Positions 1 through 8,479 of a stretch of 64,000 nucleotides of DNA are shown piece by piece. Positions within the stretch are counted from its first letter, which is position 1, and the number at the start of each line of letters is the position of its first letter. The notes below the pieces were generated by a model, which saw nothing but the letters and a program-made list of their open reading frames with translations, did no database searches and had not been told where the DNA came from. The DNA comes from a virus: the IMG/VR virus record IMGVR_UViG_3300025879_001499, positions 7,263 through 71,262 of that record. The stretch is one strand, 5' to 3'. Both the position numbers and the translations under genes were made by a program.

Positions 1-285
1 AACCTTAGATGCACCTCTTTGAATCGCACGATGTGCAAATACACCAATATTAGCCCCCAAATCCAATACAACATCATCTTCTTTTATATAACAATCATAT
101 CTCTCATAATCACATCCAATATCATTGTGGATGTAACTATTGAAGTTTTCTTGCCATTGATAATTGTATGAATCGAACTCACCATTCACAAATTTCTCAA
201 AAGTAAAGTGCTTTCCTTCTCTTTCTAAATCCCTTAACTCAACCAATCCATCAGAATCAATTGTGTAAAACTTTTTTGTTCTCAT
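1..285 (-). CDS. FkbM-family SAM-dependent methyltransferase (runs off window start)
   Basis: Translated by hand from ATG at 285: MRTKKFY...DDVVLDLGANIGVFAHRAIQRGASKV; VxDxGANIG motif. Confidence 0.8.
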   Translation of the reverse strand, partial: MRTKKFYTIDSDGLVELRDLEREGKHFTFEKFVNGEFDSYNYQWQENFNSYIHNDIGCDYERYDCYIKEDDVVLDLGANIGVFAHRAIQRGASKV

Positions 286-293
286 AACTTAAT

Positions 294-1301
294 TTAAAAT
301 TGTCTCCAATCAAACTTACCCAATGTAGGTTGTGGTGGGTTTAACACTTCATCTATTGCTGTGTTTATGTATTTAAAACGTTGTTTTAGTGGTTCACTCA
401 CACCATTGTTGTGATTACCTTCAACGTTTACATCTACCACATTAGATAAATAATCTAGTCCAATAGGTCTTAGTTCCAAATCTACCTTTTCCCTAATTCT
501 CATTATATCATCCCATAGAGTTGTACCATCAATAGTTCTACCATCGGTAATACTACCATCTTTATGCTCATGCTTCCTAACATAAGTGAGTACTCTTTTC
601 AAACTTTGAAATCCCAATCCCAAATAATCCAATGAAGATAAGAACTCCAAATCATCCACAAAGTTTGAAGTCATTGTAATCTTATCCGATACTTTAAGAA
701 CAGATGATGTTCTCATTATATATGGGTGAAATACACACATAATATTCAGCTTAGATGCATGTATTATAGATGTAATATGTTGTGGCTCATCATAGTAGTT
801 TTGAGTAAATGTCCAAGGAGTATTCCAAGGTTTCTCAACATAACCAGCCCATATATCCCTGCTTTTTGGAATATCCAATGGAGTTATGGTTGGCATTATT
901 TCAGTTAACTCTTTACTTTTATCTTTAAATAATACAGACGAACCATATGCAAAATCCAAATCAGGTGTTTCTGAAAACACTTTATCTATGAATGATAATG
1001 AATCAAAATCCAATAAATCATCATCATCCAATCGAATCATAACTTCACCATTAGATACTTTGGGAGCAATCTTCCAACTCTCTTTAAATAAATGATATGA
1101 ACCACCTGAATTAATATATGTTATAGTATGGGTTGGAACTCTTTTTTTGAATTCATTTACCACCTTTTGGTTCTTTGGATTATCACCATCATCAAATACA
1201 ATCACTTCCCAATCTTTGTGGGTTTGTAATTGTATTGATACTAATGATTGTTCTAAGAAATCAGGCCTATTACAAGTTCTAACTATAACCGATATTTTCA
1301 T
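294..1301 (-). CDS. Glycosyltransferase family 2
   Basis: KISVIVRTCNR, VIVFDDG and RLDDDD GT-A motifs. Confidence 0.85.
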   Translation of the reverse strand: MKISVIVRTCNRPDFLEQSLVSIQLQTHKDWEVIVFDDGDNPKNQKVVNEFKKRVPTHTITYINSGGSYHLFKESWKIAPKVSNGEVMIRLDDDDLLDFDSLSFIDKVFSETPDLDFAYGSSVLFKDKSKELTEIMPTITPLDIPKSRDIWAGYVEKPWNTPWTFTQNYYDEPQHITSIIHASKLNIMCVFHPYIMRTSSVLKVSDKITMTSNFVDDLEFLSSLDYLGLGFQSLKRVLTYVRKHEHKDGSITDGRTIDGTTLWDDIMRIREKVDLELRPIGLDYLSNVVDVNVEGNHNNGVSEPLKQRFKYINTAIDEVLNPPQPTLGKFDWRQF

Positions 1302-1305
1302 TTAC

Positions 1306-1473
1306 CTATTTTAGATTCATCATAGATGTAATCTCATCTATCAGCTTTTGTTCGTTTTCTTTACATTCACTTACATATTGTAAATCACCTTCATTAATTG
1401 CAGCCAATTTTTGCTCACCCCACCATTGGAGTTCATTCTGCATTTGTTCTACTTCTGAGTAATTCTTAATCAT
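1306..1473 (-). CDS. Hypothetical helical protein
   Basis: ORF packed between neighbours; likely start MIKNYSE. Confidence 0.5.
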   Translation of the reverse strand: MIKNYSEVEQMQNELQWWGEQKLAAINEGDLQYVSECKENEQKLIDEITSMMNLK

Positions 1474-1873
1474 TACTATATTTTTTTCTAACCCTTTCCG
1501 AAATTGGTATAGGGTCATTGTTTTCATCAATTCTAACGAACTTTATGTTCGTAGATAGTATAACCGATTGTTGGCCAGAATACACATTATGTGCTCTAGC
1601 TTCTAAGTATAAGGTAAGTGAAGTATGACCTATATCAGCAACTCTACCATAAATCTTCAGAAGTTGTCCCTCTTTAGCAGGTTTCTTAAAGATACATTCA
1701 TCAATTTTCACCGTTACCATTCGAGGTGTATCCGCTATTTGAGTTGCCAAAGCGGCTCCAGCAGAATCAATCCATAGCATTAAATTTCCTCCAAATAGAT
1801 TACCATGAAACCCCAAATCACTTTTCTTAACTGGGTGAGTACTAATTAGTTCAAAATCATCTATTACTTCCAT
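1466..1873 (-). CDS. Acyl-CoA thioesterase (HotDog fold)
   Basis: DLGFHGNLFGG..WID, FKKPA..G, GHTSL and FVRID motifs. Confidence 0.85.
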   Translation of the reverse strand: MEVIDDFELISTHPVKKSDLGFHGNLFGGNLMLWIDSAGAALATQIADTPRMVTVKIDECIFKKPAKEGQLLKIYGRVADIGHTSLTLYLEARAHNVYSGQQSVILSTNIKFVRIDENNDPIPISERVRKKYSND

Positions 1874-2544
1874 AACCACTTATATGTTTTTCTATGTTTA
1901 ATTTGGGATATTTGGGCTTGGGATATATCATACTTTTCTGATATGATTCTATACCTAACTCCATCCTTAATCATCTTATCTATTTCCAATACAACCTCAT
2001 CGGAGTGCTTAGCATTGTGTCTAGCTAATTTCTCTTTGGTTGATTCGCTCAATACCTTACCTTTATGAGCTTCGGATATTCTGCGCCTTACATCCTTTCT
2101 AAACTCACTATCTCTATCATATTCCTCTTCATAATATCTTCGAATACCAGCAATCCTAGCTTCAATATCTTCCTTTGTAGGTTTCTTACCTTTTTTTCTA
2201 CCCAACTTAATAGCTTCAATTCGTTCTTTGGAATGTTTAATCCCCTTTAACTTATTACTAATCTTTTTTCTTTGCTCCAATGGTATTGTATACCCTCTTA
2301 ACTCATCAGCTTCCTTACCCAACTTTCCAGCCAACATTCTTGCTGCTGCTAAGTCTTTCATATTACCAGTTTCAATATATTGTTTGGAATGTATTTCATA
2401 GTGTTCATCCAATGATACACACATTAAATTACTTAGTTCGTTGTTCTTACGATTTCCATCTTTGTGATGTATCTCATAGCTTCTACCTTTATCATCTTTA
2501 GGTATATCACCATAGGTAGATTCCCACAGTTTTCTATAATTCAT
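1864..2544 (-). mobile_element. Free-standing HNH homing endonuclease with NUMOD3-like repeats and C-terminal HTH
   Basis: EIHHKDGNRKNNELSNL...EH...H; KHSKE and HKGKVLSESTKEKL repeats; own upstream ATATTTATA motif. Confidence 0.8.
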
Positions 2545-2559
2545 AATAAGTTATTTTAT

Positions 2560-2603
2560 TATAAATATAAGAGTTTACCACCAAACATCAGTTTTCTACC
2601 AAA
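2560..2603 (-). promoter_or_regulatory. Putative late promoter (ATATTTATA) with two tandem TTTGGTRGWAAACT boxes
   Basis: Motif at 2560-2568; boxes at 2572-2585 and 2590-2603 (12/14 identical). Confidence 0.55.
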
Positions 2604-2619
2604 TTATTTTAAGTATTTT

Positions 2620-2856
2620 TCAAGATACATCATCTAAACTTACACCATTCTCCTGCATCAACTCAAAGAGTTTCTCTCTAGCCTCAACATACGCATCATA
2701 CTTATCTGAATTGTATTCTTCATCAGACATATATTTGTACTTCTTTCTCAACCATTGGTCCATCTGCCAACAAACATTCCACCAATCTGATGCTTTGGTT
2801 GCTAGTTTGAACTCTTGGTTATCTTCAGGTAGATTAAAAGTTAAAGTTGCTTTCAT
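2620..2856 (-). CDS. Hypothetical phage protein
   Basis: ORF starting MKATLTFNLPED; ATGA overlap with upstream gene. Confidence 0.65.
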   Translation of the reverse strand: MKATLTFNLPEDNQEFKLATKASDWWNVCWQMDQWLRKKYKYMSDEEYNSDKYDAYVEAREKLFELMQENGVSLDDVS

Positions 2857-3137
2857 TTCTCTTTGGTGTTAAAGGTTTCTAATATATGCAGAGCAAAGTC
2901 TGCCATCATATCATAATGGTAGTGTGCATAGGTTTGTCCTTCACTACGATTAGACTGAACAAAGTCATCAGTCATAGATAGAATCTTGTCGTATGTATCA
3001 GTACCATATTCTGCTAATACTTTATCCCATTCCTCCTTCAGCACCTCTTTAGGTGTTGTTTCAACGATGTATGCCATCTCTTCACCAAAGTTCTTGAAAT
3101 CTGCTTGTGGATTGTAATTTGGATTTACTTCACTCAT
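2853..3137 (-). CDS. Hypothetical protein ending FNTKEK
   Basis: ORF track; ATGA overlaps at both ends. Confidence 0.65.
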   Translation of the reverse strand: MSEVNPNYNPQADFKNFGEEMAYIVETTPKEVLKEEWDKVLAEYGTDTYDKILSMTDDFVQSNRSEGQTYAHYHYDMMADFALHILETFNTKEK

Positions 3138-3304
3138 TTCTCTTTTGTTTTAGTTCTAAACCTAAACGGATAATACGGATAACTAGACATCCATTCTACG
3201 CCATACTTGTCTTTATAGAAGCAAACTTGTGTACCGCTTACAACATCTGTAAAAGAAGTTCTAAGAGTCCTCTTCATCGTGAACATACTGATTAGTCTTT
3301 TCAT
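3134..3304 (-). CDS. Hypothetical 56-aa protein ending KTKEK
   Basis: Hand translation MKRLISMF...RFRTKTKEK; fills the gap exactly. Confidence 0.6.
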   Translation of the reverse strand: MKRLISMFTMKRTLRTSFTDVVSGTQVCFYKDKYGVEWMSSYPYYPFRFRTKTKEK

Positions 3305-3317
3305 TTCTCTTTGGTGT

Positions 3318-3713
3318 TTAACGTTTAACTCTATTTCTTAGACTGAACCAATTTGATATCGATAATGTCATAAATGTATAAGAAAGTATTGTTCCTACTA
3401 TCCATAATCCAGCATATCTATGTTCAATTGATGTATAGATACCCATTACTAATATACATAAACCCAAAAACCAAGCCAATACCCATCCAGTTAATGGGAC
3501 TTTACTTATAACTTTTGATTCTAATTTTTGAACCCTCTCATCATGCACAACTCTACTAAGAGCATCTTGTAAATCCTTACCATATGCTGGTACTACTTCT
3601 GTAGTTCCATCGGTATTTTGGATAGTTATTTCATACTTTAGCCAACCATCGAACTTCTTACTTTCCTTTCTCAGTTCTACATGAATTGCTTTCCTCTTCA
3701 TCTTCATCTTCAT
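3318..3713 (-). CDS. Membrane protein with two C-terminal TM helices
   Basis: Two hydrophobic segments. Confidence 0.65.
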   Translation of the reverse strand: MKMKMKRKAIHVELRKESKKFDGWLKYEITIQNTDGTTEVVPAYGKDLQDALSRVVHDERVQKLESKVISKVPLTGWVLAWFLGLCILVMGIYTSIEHRYAGLWIVGTILSYTFMTLSISNWFSLRNRVKR

Positions 3714-3722
3714 CTTAATTTT

Positions 3723-3869
3723 CTATTCTACAATTTCCCAACTAAATGGGTTACGATTACGTTGATATTGTTCCATTGACCAATCAATATTATCAGTACT
3801 TAACTCAATGAGTTCAGGTTGAACATCATCGGCGTTTAAATAAGTTATTTTTACTTTATATTCTTTCAT
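3723..3869 (-). CDS. Hypothetical 48-aa protein
   Basis: Hand translation MKEYKVKITY...FSWEIVE, directly after a promoter. Confidence 0.55.
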   Translation of the reverse strand: MKEYKVKITYLNADDVQPELIELSTDNIDWSMEQYQRNRNPFSWEIVE

Positions 3870-3874
3870 AGTTA

Positions 3875-3886
3875 CAAATATACGAA
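3875..3886 (-). promoter_or_regulatory. Bacteroidetes-type -7 promoter box TTCGTATATTTG
   Basis: Matches TAnnTTTG; full or core copies also at 12211, 22097, 23459, 37194, 38973, 53468 and 62457. Confidence 0.75.
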
Positions 3887-3898
3887 TTATTTTTTACA

Positions 3899-4468
3899 TT
3901 ACCAAATTTCAAACCCACCACATTCTCTTAAAAATGAGATAAAGTTATTAACATGTCTTAGAGGTGCTGAATGCGATGGTTGTACTATCGTGCCATCATC
4001 CATTATCACACTACCATATAGGATTGAACCATATGGATATTGTTCATTCAATACCTCATTGATTTCTTCACCTAAGAACTTACCATCCATACTTGCCCAA
4101 CTTCCTAAGTTGAGGTAAATGGTATCTACTTCATCTTCCAGCTCAGTTTGAGTTTGGACAATCTCTTCCAAGGCTTCAGCCAATCGGTTACAATCTTCTT
4201 GATTGTCTAAACCAGCTCCATCATTAGAACCCCAATTACTCAAATCAAATCCCAACTCATAATCATCATTGGCAAAATCCACCAACATTACAATAGGTCT
4301 CCATCCCCACCAATTGGAACGGAAGTAATCGCCGGGATTTTCCTCTTCCCATTTATCCAAATGTTTGAAGAACATTTCTTTTTCTTCCTCATCAGTATCT
4401 TTCCAATTTGGATATTGAGGTTTTGGTGAACGAATAATTGGATTTATTCCTGAAATATCTACTCCCAT
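3899..4468 (-). CDS. Hypothetical acidic phage protein
   Basis: MGVDISG...YFRSNWWGWRPI...FLRECGGFEIW. Confidence 0.7.
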   Translation of the reverse strand: MGVDISGINPIIRSPKPQYPNWKDTDEEEKEMFFKHLDKWEEENPGDYFRSNWWGWRPIVMLVDFANDDYELGFDLSNWGSNDGAGLDNQEDCNRLAEALEEIVQTQTELEDEVDTIYLNLGSWASMDGKFLGEEINEVLNEQYPYGSILYGSVIMDDGTIVQPSHSAPLRHVNNFISFLRECGGFEIW

Positions 4469-4471
4469 AAC

Positions 4472-4657
4472 TTAAATTGCTAAATGTGTTAATTTTTCGT
4501 TTAATCTTTTCATATGTTTACAAGGTGCGAACTTACGAAACTCCCTTGCTTTACATTCACAATCTACGATTTTCCAATCGGTAACTGTTACGTTGTAGTA
4601 GGATAACTTACCAGTCTTTTTACTCCTACTTCCCATTTCTCTATATTTCCAAGTCAT
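4472..4657 (-). CDS. SWIM zinc-finger protein
   Basis: CEC-x10-CKH. Confidence 0.75.
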   Translation of the reverse strand: MTWKYREMGSRSKKTGKLSYYNVTVTDWKIVDCECKAREFRKFAPCKHMKRLNEKLTHLAI

Positions 4658-4658
4658 A

Positions 4659-5015
4659 TTAATCGAACCATTGTTTACGATTAGTCTTAATGTTCTTTAT
4701 ACCTTCATCTTTGTACTTAGGATTATCCTTTTCCATCTCATCAAATCGTTCTTTAATCTTTTCAAATGCGATTTGTTCGTTCTTCTTACCAATCTCATCA
4801 GCTCTCTTTAACTCTTCATCAGTAAGTTGTTTACCTTGCGTTGCGGCTGTTATGGATGCATATCGTTTAGTGTGGTATGAACTTAGCGGTTTACTGAATT
4901 GTTTCAGATACTCAGCTTTTTGGTCTAAGTAATCTAAGAAAGCATCAAAGTTTTCTTTACCTAACGTATCCAACTCCTCATCGGATAGTGGGTTGTTTGG
5001 GTCAAACTCTACCAT
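4659..5015 (-). CDS. Hypothetical protein
   Basis: ORF track; operon packing. Confidence 0.6.
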   Translation of the reverse strand: MVEFDPNNPLSDEELDTLGKENFDAFLDYLDQKAEYLKQFSKPLSSYHTKRYASITAATQGKQLTDEELKRADEIGKKNEQIAFEKIKERFDEMEKDNPKYKDEGIKNIKTNRKQWFD

Positions 5016-5281
5016 GCAGTTTCAACTAATCCAATTGAACTTAACTCTGCTTTTACTTTCTTAGAACCTTTCGTAATAAGGTCAACAGCCATCACAGCTT
5101 CAATAACTGCTTGTGCTTTTTGTGGATTGATATACTTCTTACCAACTAAGTTTTTAACTCTAGCGGGAGCTTTATCAATCTGAACCATAGTTGGAAACTT
5201 ATCGGTTCCAACAGGAATTACCGTTACATTTTTATAACGAACTTTCTTTTCTAACTTTTCTACTGCTAATGGTGAACTCAT
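5009..5281 (-). CDS. Hypothetical protein
   Basis: ORF track; operon packing. Confidence 0.6.
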   Translation of the reverse strand: MSSPLAVEKLEKKVRYKNVTVIPVGTDKFPTMVQIDKAPARVKNLVGKKYINPQKAQAVIEAVMAVDLITKGSKKVKAELSSIGLVETAW

Positions 5282-5294
5282 ATCTTTTATAATT

Positions 5295-5567
5295 TTAAAC
5301 GTTAACTGAAATCATATTCATAGGAACTGTGTAAGTTCCATATCCATTCAATACTTTTAGAACGGCCTTAGTTCGGTTGATTTTCTCAACTCTGAGTTGT
5401 TTACCACTCAACTTAGGGTGATTCACACTCACATTAGCCCCAACATAAAGGGATTCCTTCACATTAAGAGCAGTTTCACTCTTTTTAATCTTAATCACTT
5501 CAACTACTTTCTTATTTAAGATTCGTAGTTCTTCAATACTCAATTTAGTTAATTCTGAATAATTCAT
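5295..5567 (-). CDS. Hypothetical protein with SH3/KOW-like C-terminus
   Basis: LYVGANVSV...RVEKINRTKAV; likely start MNYSEL after the conserved leader. Confidence 0.6.
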   Translation of the reverse strand: MNYSELTKLSIEELRILNKKVVEVIKIKKSETALNVKESLYVGANVSVNHPKLSGKQLRVEKINRTKAVLKVLNGYGTYTVPMNMISVNV

Positions 5568-5655
5568 TTTATTTGTTTTAAAGGGTTTAACACAGTGGGA
5601 ACTCACCCACTCAATTACTATACTAACTTACGAAATTAATTTGACATACACAAGC
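5568..5655 (-). promoter_or_regulatory. Promoter-GTAATTGAG-hairpin leader cassette
   Basis: CTTG-N20-TAAGTTAG-N4-GTAATTGAG, hairpin 5594-5611, then TTAAACCCTTTAAAACAAATAAA-ATG. Confidence 0.75.
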
Positions 5656-5665
5656 TTTTGTTGAA

Positions 5666-5782
5666 TTATTTTTCAACTTTTTTGTGTTTCTCTTTTCGAG
5701 TGTACTTCTTTTTGTTTTTGTAGATATTAGGACGGGTAGCCATCTTAATCTCTTCTTGCGTTACTATTATCTTCTTTATCAT
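5666..5782 (-). CDS. 38-aa basic peptide
   Basis: MIKKIIVTQEEIKMATRPNIYKNKKKYTRKEKHKKVEK, behind a GTAATTGA promoter at 5790. Confidence 0.6.
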   Translation of the reverse strand: MIKKIIVTQEEIKMATRPNIYKNKKKYTRKEKHKKVEK

Positions 5783-5833
5783 CTCTTTCTCAATTACAGT
5801 ACTAACATACGAAAAAGATTTGATATAAACAAG

Positions 5834-6349
5834 CTATTTCTTACTTTTTTTCCAAAGTTCGTAATCTTCTTCGTTTACTTTGTATCCCCAGTGGATTAAA
5901 GATTGTCTAGCTCCCAACGAATAGGATTCATCTGAGATATCACCACCTCTTTTATGAATCTGAGTGTAGATGTAGTTTCTCCATCTTCCAGTCTCACCAC
6001 AAAAGTTTAACCATCTACGAATCTGCCTTTCATCATCCTCACATCTTCGACCCATATAGTATCTACAATACCATTGAAACCAACCACGAGGGTCTATTGG
6101 GTTTATCCAACCCATCTTTTCCCATTCTTCTTGTGATTGTCCGCATTTGGTTTTAAAGTAGTTTACCTTACGAAGATACTTCTTTGAGTAATAGAACTCA
6201 GTAGGTAATCCCTCAAACCAATCTGATGGGAACTCATTTACATCTATATCGATATTTCTATCAGTTGGATGAAAGTAAGTACCACCAAACGAACCCATTT
6301 GGATAATCTCTTTGGGTGTTAAGTTAGGTTTAAACAATTCGTGCATCAT
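5834..6349 (-). CDS. Conserved protein of unknown function (FGGTYF...GWFQWYCRYY family)
   Basis: PNLTP, GSFGGTYF, DPRGWFQWYCRYYMGRR..DDERQI.RW and RQSLIHW motifs. Confidence 0.7.
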   Translation of the reverse strand: MMHELFKPNLTPKEIIQMGSFGGTYFHPTDRNIDIDVNEFPSDWFEGLPTEFYYSKKYLRKVNYFKTKCGQSQEEWEKMGWINPIDPRGWFQWYCRYYMGRRCEDDERQIRRWLNFCGETGRWRNYIYTQIHKRGGDISDESYSLGARQSLIHWGYKVNEEDYELWKKSKK

Positions 6350-6530
6350 CTATTTTATCACATAAATAAAACATCCCATCCTTAGCTCTAAGGATAGTTT
6401 CACAATGATAGTTATCACATACCACTTTTGCCCCAAACTCCTTTATAATAGGTTCAAATTGGGTTATAGGAAAGGTTCTCTTAACTATGTATAGCTCATC
6501 TCCAACTGGCAATACTTGCTTATTAAACAT
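6330..6530 (-). CDS. Hypothetical protein
   Basis: ORF track. Confidence 0.5.
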   Translation of the reverse strand: MFNKQVLPVGDELYIVKRTFPITQFEPIIKEFGAKVVCDNYHCETILRAKDGMFYLCDKIDDARIV

Positions 6531-6717
6531 ATCTTTTGAATCCTTTGATTTCTACTTTGTTAGATAAATCGATTATTGATTTGATTTCAGTTTCCTTTGT
6601 TTGAATCAAAGAACGAGTCATTGCTAACAACTCCAAATCATATTCTTTATCAATCCAACGCATGAATAATTTGGTTAGGATTTTTGATTCAACTTTTTGT
6701 AGTAAGTTTTTAATCAT
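6523..6717 (-). CDS. Hypothetical protein
   Basis: ORF track. Confidence 0.5.
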   Translation of the reverse strand: MIKNLLQKVESKILTKLFMRWIDKEYDLELLAMTRSLIQTKETEIKSIIDLSNKVEIKGFKRYV

Positions 6718-7106
6718 TATATAAATAATTTATAGTTATTTTCTTCTTTGTATGCTGCAATCTCATATGGATGGTCCGAATAACCATATCCCATATTATA
6801 GTACCTCTTCATCCAAGATGGTGATTGTAGGTAGTGTTGGTATTCGTGAACCAATGTTTGAATAACATGCTCTTTATCTTCCATCTTAGGATAGTAAATG
6901 ATAATCTCATTGTTCATATTACAATACTCAGCATCAGGGTTTTGTTCACCCATTGTACCATCATCTTCTTCACCACTATAATGAGAGTAGATGGATGTAT
7001 CATAATCTACATATGGAGTAGATGGTTGGAACTTAGAAAGTCCATAATGTTCTACAATCTTAGGAAAGGTTTCTTCTACTATTTTTTGTATTTCGTTTAG
7101 CTTCAT
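6717..7106 (-). CDS. Zincin-like HEXXH metallopeptidase domain protein
   Basis: TLVHEYQHYLQ...HPYEIAA. Confidence 0.7.
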   Translation of the reverse strand: MKLNEIQKIVEETFPKIVEHYGLSKFQPSTPYVDYDTSIYSHYSGEEDDGTMGEQNPDAEYCNMNNEIIIYYPKMEDKEHVIQTLVHEYQHYLQSPSWMKRYYNMGYGYSDHPYEIAAYKEENNYKLFI

Positions 7107-7173
7107 ATCTTAATCAATTACTTTGTAAACATACGAAATTTATTTCATATATCCTAATCTTTTTTGAATTATT

Positions 7174-7482
7174 TTACTTACCAAATACAATATTCGATAT
7201 AACCTCCTCTACTACATTTCTGTATTTTTCTATTTGTTGTTCCATACTCAATCCAATTAGAGAAATATTACCAATATGAGTATAATCGCCAGTTTCAACA
7301 TTTGAATGTGCTATTGGAAACTGACCTTCTTCTTCCCAATTTGGAGTAGCATATACTACCATATCAGAACTTTCTTTGTACCATTCAATTGTTCCACTTC
7401 GTTCATCCATTGTAGGAGAGTATCCGTATAATGGCTTCATTGATTCAATTTGTTCTGATTGTAAATAAATTTGATTTTTCAT
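7174..7482 (-). CDS. Hypothetical early protein
   Basis: Start MKNQIY after the conserved leader. Confidence 0.6.
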   Translation of the reverse strand: MKNQIYLQSEQIESMKPLYGYSPTMDERSGTIEWYKESSDMVVYATPNWEEEGQFPIAHSNVETGDYTHIGNISLIGLSMEQQIEKYRNVVEEVISNIVFGK

Positions 7483-7570
7483 TTTGTTTGTTTTAAAGGG
7501 TTGACGTTGGTGAGAACTCACTCACTCAATTACAATGTAAACATACGAAAAATAATTGAGACTGCCAAAT
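7483..7570 (-). promoter_or_regulatory. Promoter-GTAATTGAG-hairpin leader cassette
   Basis: Closely similar to 5568-5655; hairpin 7510-7525. Confidence 0.75.
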
Positions 7571-7582
7571 TTTTGGCAAGAA

Positions 7583-7611
7583 AAAACCCAACTTTTTTTA
7601 AGTTGGGTTTT
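7583..7611 (-). terminator. Intrinsic terminator
   Basis: AAAACCCAACTT/AAGTTGGGTTTT inverted repeat with T tract. Confidence 0.8.
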
Positions 7612-7644
7612 CTTCACATTCAATCACTTTGAATTACGATTGAA

Positions 7645-8472
7645 TTAAAATTTGAATTTCTTTTTTAGTTTCTTTCCAGTTTTACTAGCACCCTTAGATA
7701 CCGATTTACCAGCATTAGATGCTGTGTTAGAAACATTGTTGACTACTTTGGTAGTTTCTTTAGCAACTGTTTTTGCATCATTACTAACTGTATTAGCAAC
7801 TGAATTAGCCGAATCCTCTACGAACTCTTGAGCTGGTTTAGTATCTACACTAACTGAAAGGTCAACATCTACACCCACTCCTAATGCAAGTTCACCATCA
7901 ACACCAACAGTTGCAACACCATCATCCATTGTAGCACCTCCACCAACTTCAGCACCTACTTGTGCTCCAACCGATACTCCAGCACCGGCTTCAGCACCAT
8001 TACCATTTTTATCGTAAGTACTATTAGATGCTCCCACACCTACTGATACTCCAGCCATTGCTCCTGCATGTCCTTCGGCACCATCTTTACCAACTTGTCC
8101 ACTTGCACCAACATAAGCTTTAGCTTCTGCTCCAGCGTGAACTTCAGTTGTATTAGTTACTCCACCATACTCTACTGAATTGGATGCTCCTACTTCAGTT
8201 GATGCTCCCACTTCCGCATGTGCATCAACATATGCGTTTCTACCATCCCAACCAGCTTCAGTTGTTGCTTCAGCATGAACTTCAGCTTCAGCATGTGCTT
8301 CTTGTGAAATGGTTACATCACCAATTTGGTTTGAATTTTCTACTCCAGCATGAACTTCTGCCCCTGCTTCTACACCAGCACTTACTGATGTGTTTGTAAC
8401 TTCAGTTCCAGCAGATGCTCCTACTGATGCTCCGGCGTTTTCGTTACCTACCGATTTTGATTCATCTACCAT
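7645..8472 (-). CDS. Gly/Ala/Val-rich beta-repeat protein
   Basis: Repeated AGAEVHAG / GVSVGA strands; basic C-terminal tail. Confidence 0.7.
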   Translation of the reverse strand: MVDESKSVGNENAGASVGASAGTEVTNTSVSAGVEAGAEVHAGVENSNQIGDVTISQEAHAEAEVHAEATTEAGWDGRNAYVDAHAEVGASTEVGASNSVEYGGVTNTTEVHAGAEAKAYVGASGQVGKDGAEGHAGAMAGVSVGVGASNSTYDKNGNGAEAGAGVSVGAQVGAEVGGGATMDDGVATVGVDGELALGVGVDVDLSVSVDTKPAQEFVEDSANSVANTVSNDAKTVAKETTKVVNNVSNTASNAGKSVSKGASKTGKKLKKKFKF

Positions 8473-8479
8473 AATTTAT

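Larger units (their letters stand above)
2851..3318. repeat. Gene-junction direct repeat AACACCAAAGAGAAATGAAA (minus strand)
   Basis: Identical 20 bp at 2851-2870 and 3299-3318; degenerate copy at 3134-3151. Confidence 0.85.

Noticed and set aside
1301-1308. Stop-codon reassignment as in Lak or crAss-like phages
   Set aside because: Conserved genes are full length in code 11; TAG (e.g. 1306, 27600) and TGA end genes right at the next start or hairpin.
5568-5606. Shared N-termini MSSH...PFKTNKM in ORFs 5295 and 7174 (similar at 28862, 31402 and 31770)
   Set aside because: These are translations of the conserved non-coding leader from alternative starts; the true ATGs follow the A-rich tract.
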